The position numbers and the translations under genes are program-made. Shown here in pieces: positions 1 through 7,518 of a stretch of DNA of 64,000 nt. This stretch comes from Verrucomicrobiales bacterium (GTDB taxonomy: Bacteria > Verrucomicrobiota > Verrucomicrobiia > Limisphaerales > CANJXF01). The DNA is taken from the NCBI GenBank assembly GCA_947478865.1, contig CANJXF010000009.1, positions 33,463 to 97,462 of the forward strand, read 5' to 3'. How positions within the stretch are numbered: position 1 is the stretch's first letter; each line of letters starts with the position of its first letter. The notes under the pieces were generated by a model. The model was not told where the DNA came from, made no database searches, and saw only the letters and a program-made list of their open reading frames with translations.

Positions 1-943
1 ATTTCTTGAACTCACCGCAGAACCAGTGTGGGAAACCGGTGTTGATTCGCTGCACCGATTCGCCGATTTTTCCGCGTGCGGGCGAGGTTCCTCCCGCGCC
101 GGCCTGAAGCGGAACCGCAAGTGCGATTCGATCATCGAACGCGGCCGCGAGCAGCGCCGCTTTGCCCAGGCGTGAATGGCCAACGACCGCCATTTTCTTT
201 TGGTCGATGTCGGTGTCGGTTTCTAAATAGTCAATGCCGCGCTGCAAACCCCACGCCCACGCGGCGATGTTGCCCCAGTCGTGTTGAGGATCTTTCGAGC
301 CATGAAATGCCTCGCGCACGCCGGTTGTTGCATTGGTGAGGTCGGGCTGGATTTCGCCCGAGAAAATCGATGCGCTTGCATATCCGCGATCAATGGATTG
401 TTCGATGGCCCACACGTCAGCCTGCTGGCCGCGACCGGCGTCCGTTGCGTAGTGATCCACAACGCCTGGATATTTCCCATTAATCCAGCTCGTGGGCAAG
501 GGGACGTTGGCGTCGGTGACCAGGCTGTGGTTGCCAGAAAAATTCAAACCAAGAAAAACCGGCGCAGGGCTTTTTCTTTTGTTCGGCACAACGAGCAGCA
601 GGTGAATCTGCGGCGCTTTCTTTTCTGCGAAAGTGAGAGTGGCCAGTTTCAAAGTCGCCTTGCCGTTCAAGAACTTCCGGTCGACGTAGTCAGTCGTGGT
701 TTTGAATTTCGCGGGCGAGGGGAAGTAGCCGTATTCGTAATGTTGGAACAGAGCTTTCAATTCCGGTTGCCGTTTTTTGAGCCAATCATTTTTGCTGGCC
801 ACCGGTTTGCCGTCGAACATCACCAGCGGATCAGGCGGTTCGGGTTGGGGCGGTAACTCAGACGTGGGTGGAAAAGGTTTCGCGGCAATCACACTGCCGC
901 ACAAGATAAGGAGTAGAGTGAAAATTGAAATTGATGTTTTCAT
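1..943 (-). CDS. Carbohydrate esterase family 15 (glucuronoyl esterase)-like secreted protein; partial, C-terminus lies beyond the window edge
   Basis: Missing from the ORF track because it has no in-window stop. Reverse-complement translation from the ATG at 943-941 gives MKTSISIFTLLLILCGSVIAAKPF (signal peptide) ... KKMAVVGHSRLGKAALLAAAFDDRIALAVPLQAGAGG ... FPHWFCGEFKK with no stop down to nt 1. GHSRLGK matches the nucleophile-serine motif of bacterial CE15 esterases. Confidence 0.7.
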   Translation of the reverse strand, partial: MKTSISIFTLLLILCGSVIAAKPFPPTSELPPQPEPPDPLVMFDGKPVASKNDWLKKRQPELKALFQHYEYGYFPSPAKFKTTTDYVDRKFLNGKATLKLATLTFAEKKAPQIHLLLVVPNKRKSPAPVFLGLNFSGNHSLVTDANVPLPTSWINGKYPGVVDHYATDAGRGQQADVWAIEQSIDRGYASASIFSGEIQPDLTNATTGVREAFHGSKDPQHDWGNIAAWAWGLQRGIDYLETDTDIDQKKMAVVGHSRLGKAALLAAAFDDRIALAVPLQAGAGGTSPARGKIGESVQRINTGFPHWFCGEFKK

Positions 944-1061
944 TTTATACGGCGGACTTTCTCGCAGCAGACGGTCATTCTGTCACGCAACTTCGGCGAG
1001 CGGCGAAATGATTTGGTTTCTTCGATTGAACGAACATCTCGGATAATGCATTTATTGACTC

Positions 1062-1385
1062 ATGATCAACGGACCAAAGTTGCAACCCAATGCGAAAAAG
1101 GCAGGAATATTTTCTGGCTTCGTTAAACTCGCCTGCCTCTGTGTGATGAGCTTTGTGTTGTTCGCTGGCTGCAAGAGCAGCTACGACGTGACGGTTGGAG
1201 CCATGGGGCGCAGTCAAAAGTACGCCGGGGTCAGCAAGCCGGTTTACGACAAAAAAAGCGGGAAATATGTTTTTAAGAACGCGATGGGACAGGAGTTTTC
1301 TGTGCCGGCGGAACAGATCAGAATTATCGAGCCACACGGCGAGACTTCGGAGCCGAAGTTTGTTTCGCCGACGCAAAAGAAGTAA
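1062..1385 (+). CDS. Small lipoprotein, YgdI/YgdR (DUF903)-like
   Basis: Signal peptide with lipobox (VLFAGC). The mature part, KPVYDKKSGKYVFKNAMGQEFSVPAEQIRIIEP, follows the KPxxDxxxGxxxxxxxxGxxxxIxxxxIxxIxE pattern of YgdI/YgdR lipoproteins. Confidence 0.55.
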   Translation: MINGPKLQPNAKKAGIFSGFVKLACLCVMSFVLFAGCKSSYDVTVGAMGRSQKYAGVSKPVYDKKSGKYVFKNAMGQEFSVPAEQIRIIEPHGETSEPKFVSPTQKK

Positions 1386-1971
1386 AGCGCTCAACATATT
1401 TTCCGAGCATATCCCCTTCGAGATTCACGGCGTCGCCAACGTTTCGCTCCCTTAACGCGGTCACCTCATGGGTGTGAGGAATAATCCAGATCGCGAAACT
1501 CTTCTTTTTCACTTCCGCCACCGTGAGGCTGATTCCATCGATTGCGATTGAACCTTTGAAAATGACATAGCGCATCAACTCAGCTGGCGCGCCAATTTCC
1601 AGAAAATAATCCTGCCCGATTTTTTCCCAGCGCAGGATTTTGCCCAGCCCATCGACATGGCCGGTGACAAAATGTCCGCCGAGACGGCCATCGGCGCGAA
1701 GGGCGCGTTCCAGGTTCACTGCGGAACCGATTTTCACAAACTGCAGGTTGGTTCGACGCCAGCTTTCTTCCAGCAGATCCACGCGCACCAGTTTCTTTCC
1801 GGCGCGGGAAGAAATCTTCACGGCCGTGAGACAACAACCGTTCACGGATAGGCTGTCGCCGATCTTCAAGTCGCGCCCGCAGATTTTGGTGCTCACCGTC
1901 AGGTGAATGGCTTTGGCGGAACGCTCGATGCGTTCGATGGTGCCGACTTCTTCTACAATTCCAGTGAACAT
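1324..1971 (-). CDS. ribE: Riboflavin synthase (alpha chain)
   Basis: MFTGIVEEVGTI... and the duplicated lumazine-binding halves (GDSLSVNGCCLT / GSIAIDGISLTV) are diagnostic. Start placed at the internal Met (MFTGIVE) rather than the ORF-track start at 1980. Confidence 0.9.
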   Translation of the reverse strand: MFTGIVEEVGTIERIERSAKAIHLTVSTKICGRDLKIGDSLSVNGCCLTAVKISSRAGKKLVRVDLLEESWRRTNLQFVKIGSAVNLERALRADGRLGGHFVTGHVDGLGKILRWEKIGQDYFLEIGAPAELMRYVIFKGSIAIDGISLTVAEVKKKSFAIWIIPHTHEVTALRERNVGDAVNLEGDMLGKYVERFTSFASAKQTSAPKSRRVAR

Positions 1972-1981
1972 GCGGATCAAT

Positions 1982-3226
1982 TCAACCTTCCGCGATTCGC
2001 GCGGTCAAAAACAAATCTGCGCCCAGGTTTTTCCATTCGACGTTGCGCAAAGCAATTTTCTTGTCGAGTTGCTCGATTCCACCTCCGGCAACCCCTTTCC
2101 GCGCATCGCGCCCGCAGAGAATTTTTGGAGCGTAAAAAAATGCAATGCGCTGAACCAACCTTTGCTCCAGAAATCCGGCGTTCGTTTCGCCGCCACCTTC
2201 GACCAGCAAACTTGTAATGTTTTCGGCACCAAGTTTTTTGACCAGCCAGCGTAAGTCAATTTGGGTAGCGCCCGCGTCCCTTGGGTGGGGCTGCGATTTG
2301 ATCACAGGGGCAAAAATTATGTCCGCGGTTTTCGCCAATTCAGCGACTCGTTTCTTCCCGGCCTTTTCGCTCACCACAATCGTCGTCGAACCCGCAAATT
2401 CATCGTTGAGAATTCTCGCCGATAGTGGCGTGCGCGCATTCGGATCGAGAATGATTCGCCGCAGAATTTTCCGGCTTTGGAATTTAGACTTTGGGCTTTG
2501 GACTGGCCGGATCGTCAGGCTGGGATCATCCGCGACAATCGTGTTCACCCCGACCAAGATCGCGTCCGCGCCTTGCCGAAGTTTCATTCCCTGAGCGCGC
2601 GCTTTTTCGCCGGTAATCCATTTTGATTCCCCGGATGCCGTCGCGATTTTTCCGTCGAGCGTCATCGCCGCTTTCACCGTCACGAACGGCGTGCGATGAA
2701 CGATCCAATGATTGAAAGCTTCGTTCAGCCGAGTCGCTTCTTCGGCCAGTTTTTTGTAGGGAGCGTCACTCCGTGCGCGCCGCTGGTTGGCAATATCCGA
2801 AACGGCGCGTGCGGATTGACGCGCCGCAGCCTTCCCATCATCCATCGTGAGAACTTCAATGCCCGCTTGCTTCAACAATTTGAAACCGTGTCCTGCATGT
2901 TTCGGATTCGGATCGGTCGCGGCGACAACGACGCGTTTGATTCCAGCTGCGATGATGGCATCCGTGCAAGGCGGCGTGCGTCCGTGCGTGCAACACGGCT
3001 CCAGCGTCACATAAAGCGTCGCGCCTTTGAGATTTTGTTGGGTGGATTGCGCGTTGCGAATCGCTGCGATTTCCGCGTGCGGCCCGCCTGCGGGCGCAGT
3101 CCGTCCGCGCCCAAGAATTTTGCCGCCTTTGACCAACACCGCGCCCACCGTGGGATTCGGCGAAGTCGTGCCGTAGCCGCGCCGAGCGAGGCGAAGGGCG
3201 AGGCGCATGAATTGGGCGTCAGGCAT
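1982..3226 (-). CDS. ribD: Bifunctional diaminohydroxyphosphoribosylaminopyrimidine deaminase / 5-amino-6-(5-phosphoribosylamino)uracil reductase
   Basis: Deaminase zinc motifs HAEIAAI and PCCTHGRTPPC, followed by the reductase domain (VTVKAAMTLDGKIAT ... LLVEGGGETNAGF). Lies immediately upstream of ribE on the same strand. Confidence 0.92.
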   Translation of the reverse strand: MPDAQFMRLALRLARRGYGTTSPNPTVGAVLVKGGKILGRGRTAPAGGPHAEIAAIRNAQSTQQNLKGATLYVTLEPCCTHGRTPPCTDAIIAAGIKRVVVAATDPNPKHAGHGFKLLKQAGIEVLTMDDGKAAARQSARAVSDIANQRRARSDAPYKKLAEEATRLNEAFNHWIVHRTPFVTVKAAMTLDGKIATASGESKWITGEKARAQGMKLRQGADAILVGVNTIVADDPSLTIRPVQSPKSKFQSRKILRRIILDPNARTPLSARILNDEFAGSTTIVVSEKAGKKRVAELAKTADIIFAPVIKSQPHPRDAGATQIDLRWLVKKLGAENITSLLVEGGGETNAGFLEQRLVQRIAFFYAPKILCGRDARKGVAGGGIEQLDKKIALRNVEWKNLGADLFLTARIAEG

Positions 3227-3572
3227 TTGGATATTTGATTCCTGCTCTATTGAGGTGAACTCTCAAATCCCAATCGATGGGTTTACGTTCAGGCTCGAAC
3301 CAAGTGCATCCTTCGGCAATCCACTTGCGTAAATATTCTTCAAAAGATTCCGACTTCATCGAATTAGGGGATTCATCTTCCAAGCCAAATTCAAAACTGC
3401 AACACGGGCAAATGTCGTAAGAAGCTTCTCCGTATTTTTGAATATATGGCGGTTTACCGTGATCGCTCCAAGGTGGATTCCCGAGCTTTTCATACGGCGG
3501 AATTGTTAAACCAAAATATCCGCAACATGGGCACGTGTACAAAACAGTTACGCTTTTTCTAATTTCCACCAT
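3219..3572 (-). CDS. CPCC-family cysteine-rich protein
   Basis: Two CPCC motifs (YTCPCCGYFGLT and YDICPCCSFEFGLED) typical of the Cys_rich_CPCC family. Its stop overlaps the ribD start. Confidence 0.7.
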   Translation of the reverse strand: MVEIRKSVTVLYTCPCCGYFGLTIPPYEKLGNPPWSDHGKPPYIQKYGEASYDICPCCSFEFGLEDESPNSMKSESFEEYLRKWIAEGCTWFEPERKPIDWDLRVHLNRAGIKYPNA

Positions 3573-3584
3573 GCGCTTGTTCAG

Positions 3585-3839
3585 TCAGCGATAGATTTCC
3601 CGCCGATGGCCGACCGCTATAACAATCACCTGCAAAACTTTGTCGTGAATTTCATAGATGACGCGGTAGTCGCCGACTCGGATGCGCCAACCGTCACGGT
3701 TTTTAAGCTTCTTGCAGCTGGACAGACGGGGATTGGTTTCCAGTTCGGACAGTTTGTTGAGAATCCGCTTTTCCTCTTCGCCGGAAAATCTTTCGAGTTG
3801 TTTTCGAGCCGAGCGGGAAAGAATGACCGTGTAGTTCAT
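3585..3839 (-). CDS. Type II toxin, RelE/ParE superfamily
   Basis: 84 aa. The pattern ...LSRSARKQLERF...ILNKLSELETNP...KKLKNRDGWRIRVGDYRVIYEIHDKVLQVIVIAVGHRREIY is the classic RelE/StbE fold pattern. 4-nt overlap with the upstream antitoxin ORF. Confidence 0.8.
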   Translation of the reverse strand: MNYTVILSRSARKQLERFSGEEEKRILNKLSELETNPRLSSCKKLKNRDGWRIRVGDYRVIYEIHDKVLQVIVIAVGHRREIYR

Positions 3840-4066
3840 TTCCGCTTGGCGGCGCGGGCTTTTCGGTAATCGGCCAAGGTGATGAAGTTTCCCTTGGCAA
3901 TCTCTGCCTTCACGCGGGGAGCAGCGGCATCATAAGCGCGGATGTCATCCAGTTCCTCTTCCGCTTCACGCAAACGCTCATAAGTGAGCAAGTCGAGCAG
4001 AACGCCCACGCGTTTGCCGGAAGCATTCACGATGAACTGTTCCTTTTTTTCGAGAACCGTATTCAT
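3836..4066 (-). CDS. Type II antitoxin (cognate to the RelE-like toxin)
   Basis: 76-aa product MNTVLEKKEQFIVNASGKRVGVLLDLLTYERLREAEEELDDIRAYDAA.... ATGA stop/start overlap with the toxin. Start chosen at the internal Met (4066); the ORF-track start at 4105 adds a hydrophobic stretch that is unlikely to be real. Confidence 0.65.
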   Translation of the reverse strand: MNTVLEKKEQFIVNASGKRVGVLLDLLTYERLREAEEELDDIRAYDAAAPRVKAEIAKGNFITLADYRKARAAKRK

Positions 4067-4108
4067 GGACTCAAAATAAAACACCGTGCCCGCCAAAGCA
4101 AACAAACA

Positions 4109-5020
4109 TCATTCCTCAAACAACGCCTGCGAAAATTGTTTCGCATCGAATGGTTGCAAGTCATCCGCCTGTTCGCCCAGCCCGACAAATTTAATCGGCA
4201 AACCCAGTTCCTTTTGAATCGCGACGACCATTCCGCCTTTGCTGGTGCCGTCGAGTTTGGTCACCACGAGGCCGGTGAGCGGAACGGCTTTGTGAAATTC
4301 GCGCGCTTGATTCAACGCGTTCATTCCCGTCGTCGCGTCGAGCACGAGCAAAACTTCGTGCGGCGCGCCGGGTAATTTTTTCGCCATGATGCGATGCAGC
4401 TTTTGCAATTCCTGCATGAGATTGTGTTTGGTGTGCAATCGGCCCGCTGTGTCCACGATCAGGTAGTTTGCGTTTCGCGAAAGGGCGGCGGTGATTCCGT
4501 CGTGCGCCACGGAAGCTGGGTCGGCCTGGTAGGCGCCGGCAATCACCGGAATCTTCAATCGCTCTCCCCACAATTTGAGTTGCTCGATGGCGGCAGCGCG
4601 AAAGGTGTCGCACGCGGCGAGCAAAACGGTGTTGCCCTGGGATTGCAACAGGTAGGCGAGTTTCGCCGTCGTGGTGGTTTTGCCGGTGCCATTGACGCCG
4701 ACGATTGAGACGACCGTCGGACCACTTGGCTGGCGGAGCAGGGCGGTTTTGCCGTTGGAAAGGCTTTTCTCAACCTCGCGTTGGGCGACGCTAAAAACGT
4801 CCGTGCCGGAACTGCCCTGGCTTTCGTAGGCGACTTTCACCGCAGCGACGATCTGCGTCGTCATCGCCAGGCCGAGATCGGCGGCGATCAGGGCGGCTTC
4901 CAGCTCTTCGAGGCTCGTGCCGGTTAATCGTGGCGAATTGGTGACAATCCGTTTGAGTTCGTGAACCAGTTTGCTGTGGGTCTTTTGTAGACCCGTTTTG
5001 AATTTGTCGAAGAAACCCAT
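4109..5020 (-). CDS. ftsY: Signal recognition particle receptor FtsY
   Basis: SRP-GTPase NG domain: GVNGTGKTTTTAKLA, DTAGRL, TKLDGTSKGG. Confidence 0.93.
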   Translation of the reverse strand: MGFFDKFKTGLQKTHSKLVHELKRIVTNSPRLTGTSLEELEAALIAADLGLAMTTQIVAAVKVAYESQGSSGTDVFSVAQREVEKSLSNGKTALLRQPSGPTVVSIVGVNGTGKTTTTAKLAYLLQSQGNTVLLAACDTFRAAAIEQLKLWGERLKIPVIAGAYQADPASVAHDGITAALSRNANYLIVDTAGRLHTKHNLMQELQKLHRIMAKKLPGAPHEVLLVLDATTGMNALNQAREFHKAVPLTGLVVTKLDGTSKGGMVVAIQKELGLPIKFVGLGEQADDLQPFDAKQFSQALFEE

Positions 5021-5064
5021 TTGAATAACGATTTATATTTTACGAAGAGAAATGCAAAACAACT

Positions 5065-5904
5065 TTACGCGCGGGGCAGGGTTCCATTTTTCATCGCAAC
5101 TTTTTCCTTGAGCGTGGTGACGTAATGATAGGGCAATTTGACCGAGCCGATGAGCGGTTTGCCTTTGTTTAAACCGTGGCAGTCGGAGCCACCGGTCACG
5201 AGCAATTTGTGCTGCGCGGCGATCCCCAGGTAATGTTCCGCCGTCCGTCTGGGATGTTTGCTATGAAAACATTCAATTCCATCCAATCCCGCTTCCACGA
5301 GGCTGGGGATGATGGAGTCGGTGCGGTTCAAACCGGGGTGCGCCATGACGGCTAAACCTCCGGCTTGGTGAATCAAGGCGATCGCGTCGTAGGCGGAAAT
5401 TTTGAACTTTGGAACCCACGCGGGTTTGTCTTTTTTCAGAAAACGATCGAAGGCTTCTTCCATCGTCCTGCAATATCGTTCCTGCACGAGCGCGCGACCG
5501 ACGTGCGGACGCCCGGGCGAGCGGCAATTGGCGATTTTAAAAACTGTCTCGGCGCGCAATGGAATGTTTAGCTCGTTCAGTCGAGCCACGATTCCGTGGA
5601 TTCGATCCTGCCTGACGGTTTGAAATATCCCAACCTGCTCAAGCAGCGCAGGATGATTTGTGTCGAGAAAGTAGCCTAGCAAATGCAGTTCCGTACCGCC
5701 GGCTTCCGCCGTGAGTTCCGAGCCGGGAATGAATTCGATGCCCAATGCGGCGCACGCTTCCGACATGCCGCGGCAGCCCTCGACCGTGTCATGGTCGGTC
5801 AATGCCATTGCCGTGAGCCCGTGGCGTTTGCCGTGCATGGCCAATTCTTCCGGCGTATAAGTGCCGTCGGAAAATTGAGTGTGGAGATGCAGGTCAGCGA
5901 ACAT
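5065..5904 (-). CDS. PHP-domain metal-dependent phosphoesterase (TrpH/YciV-like)
   Basis: N-terminal ADLHLHTQFSDG and downstream LTDHDT, HPG and GGSDCHG motifs typical of PHP-family phosphoesterases. Confidence 0.8.
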   Translation of the reverse strand: MFADLHLHTQFSDGTYTPEELAMHGKRHGLTAMALTDHDTVEGCRGMSEACAALGIEFIPGSELTAEAGGTELHLLGYFLDTNHPALLEQVGIFQTVRQDRIHGIVARLNELNIPLRAETVFKIANCRSPGRPHVGRALVQERYCRTMEEAFDRFLKKDKPAWVPKFKISAYDAIALIHQAGGLAVMAHPGLNRTDSIIPSLVEAGLDGIECFHSKHPRRTAEHYLGIAAQHKLLVTGGSDCHGLNKGKPLIGSVKLPYHYVTTLKEKVAMKNGTLPRA

Positions 5905-5940
5905 CTTTGAAGCTGAGAACGCGGAATGAAAACAACAGCA

Positions 5941-6441
5941 TCATTTAATAATCCGCGCCGGGCGCATCAGTTCGCTTTTTACTTTATCGAGCAATCCGTT
6001 CACGAATTTGCCGCTGTCCTGCGTGGAGAATTTTTTGGCAATGTCCACCGCTTCGTTAATGCTCACGACGGGCGGAATATCGTCGCGGTAAAGCATTTCG
6101 TAAATGGCCAGGCGCAAAATATTTCGATCCACCACCGCCATGCGATGCAGATCCCAGTTTTGCGCATGCTTTTTGATGTGTTCGTCCAACGAGTCGCGAT
6201 GTTGCAGCGTGCCGCGAATGAGCGGATCGGCAAAGAGTTGCAAAGCCGATTCCTCGACGGACGGCGGGGGTAGTTCCACTTTCTGGCCCCATGTGGCGGC
6301 GGCTTTGTCCTCGGCAAGCGCGGCGGAGCGCTGCGAATTCCAGAACTGGCTCAGCGCCGCCTCCAGATTTTCCGCCGGGTTGATGTCATACTGAAATAGA
6401 AATTGAACGGCGCGTTCTCGCGCCTCACGTCTTTGTCCCAT
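5941..6441 (-). CDS. nusB: Transcription antitermination factor NusB
   Basis: RREARERAVQFLFQYD... and ...DRNILRLAIYEML...DIPPVVSINEAVDIAKKF are NusB hallmarks. Confidence 0.9.
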   Translation of the reverse strand: MGQRREARERAVQFLFQYDINPAENLEAALSQFWNSQRSAALAEDKAAATWGQKVELPPPSVEESALQLFADPLIRGTLQHRDSLDEHIKKHAQNWDLHRMAVVDRNILRLAIYEMLYRDDIPPVVSINEAVDIAKKFSTQDSGKFVNGLLDKVKSELMRPARIIK

Positions 6442-6483
6442 GCAAGCAAGATGGCTTACAAAAACGGAGAGGAAAGAAATTAT

Positions 6484-7518
6484 TTATCGCGTCTGGGAAA
6501 AAAAGAGCGGCCAGAATCCGGGAAATCGCGAGCCGACGAGCAATGTGATTCGGAGCAAGGCCGGTCGGAAAAGCGCCGCCTGTAAGAATCGTGCCCAGCG
6601 CAAACGGGGTTGAAATGTCGCATCGCAACGTTCCGCAATGGTTTGCTGCGCCTGCGCCCAGGAAATTTTTCCAGTGCTGTAACGTTCGAGTGGCTCCAGC
6701 GACAGCTCGGCGGATTCGAACGCCATCGACATTCCATTGCCGGTGACGGGGGGAATCATTGTGAGCGCATCGCCAATGGAGAATTCGGATTGAGCGGACG
6801 CACGATTGGGCTCCAACGACAGACCGGCAACGCTGCAAAATGATGCTGCATCGAAATCCGCATGAGCCAGCCGGGCTTGCAGGCTCGAATCGGCTGGTCC
6901 GGCCAGCCAATCGCGCCAGTGCGTGGACAAATCGGGCAGGGTGGTCCGGCTGCGAAAAAGGCCGCACACATTGATCTCGCCACCGCTCAACCGGCACAAG
7001 CCAACGTAGCCATGTGGAACGAAATGCATTTCCAGATCTGCTTTCAACTGCACGTTGCGCGCATGAACTTTTAAGCCAAACAGCCGCCAACCATCCGCGA
7101 TGCCATGAATGCGCCGACCCGTGGCGCGGACGATTCCCTCGGCAAACGGTCGGTTCCATCGTGAGTTGGTGCGCAGATCTCCACCCGCTTTCGTAAATTC
7201 CGTGGCCAGTAAATCATCCAAGACGAATCGCGAAAGACAAAGGGCAGGGGATGGCAGCGGTTTAACCGGTGAGGTGAGGTTTCCTGAAAAGAAGGAGGCA
7301 GTCTCGGCGACACGAGCGCCCGCAATGGAAATTTTATCACGCAATCCCAGCAACGCGAGAGAGCGCTGGCCTCGACCGCTGATGAATTCGCCGCAAACGC
7401 GGTGCCGAGGATATTTCCCCGCCTCGAAGATCGCTACCGGGACGCCGCGTTGCCGAAGCCCAATGCCCAGCGCCAGTCCAGCGAGTCCGCCGCCGACGAT
7501 CGTGATGGGCTTGCTCAT
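6484..7518 (-). CDS. FAD/NAD(P)-binding oxidoreductase (specific function unknown)
   Basis: N-terminal Rossmann dinucleotide motif ITIVGGGLAGLALGIGL...VAIFEAG. 344 aa. Start overlaps the ppk1 stop by 1 nt. Confidence 0.75.
   Translation of the reverse strand: MSKPITIVGGGLAGLALGIGLRQRGVPVAIFEAGKYPRHRVCGEFISGRGQRSLALLGLRDKISIAGARVAETASFFSGNLTSPVKPLPSPALCLSRFVLDDLLATEFTKAGGDLRTNSRWNRPFAEGIVRATGRRIHGIADGWRLFGLKVHARNVQLKADLEMHFVPHGYVGLCRLSGGEINVCGLFRSRTTLPDLSTHWRDWLAGPADSSLQARLAHADFDAASFCSVAGLSLEPNRASAQSEFSIGDALTMIPPVTGNGMSMAFESAELSLEPLERYSTGKISWAQAQQTIAERCDATFQPRLRWARFLQAALFRPALLRITLLVGSRFPGFWPLFFSQTR

Noticed and set aside
281-856. 191-aa plus-strand ORF at the window start
   Set aside because: The opposite strand carries an uninterrupted CE15-like esterase with a signal peptide and the GHSRLGK motif. 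The plus-strand product has no features.
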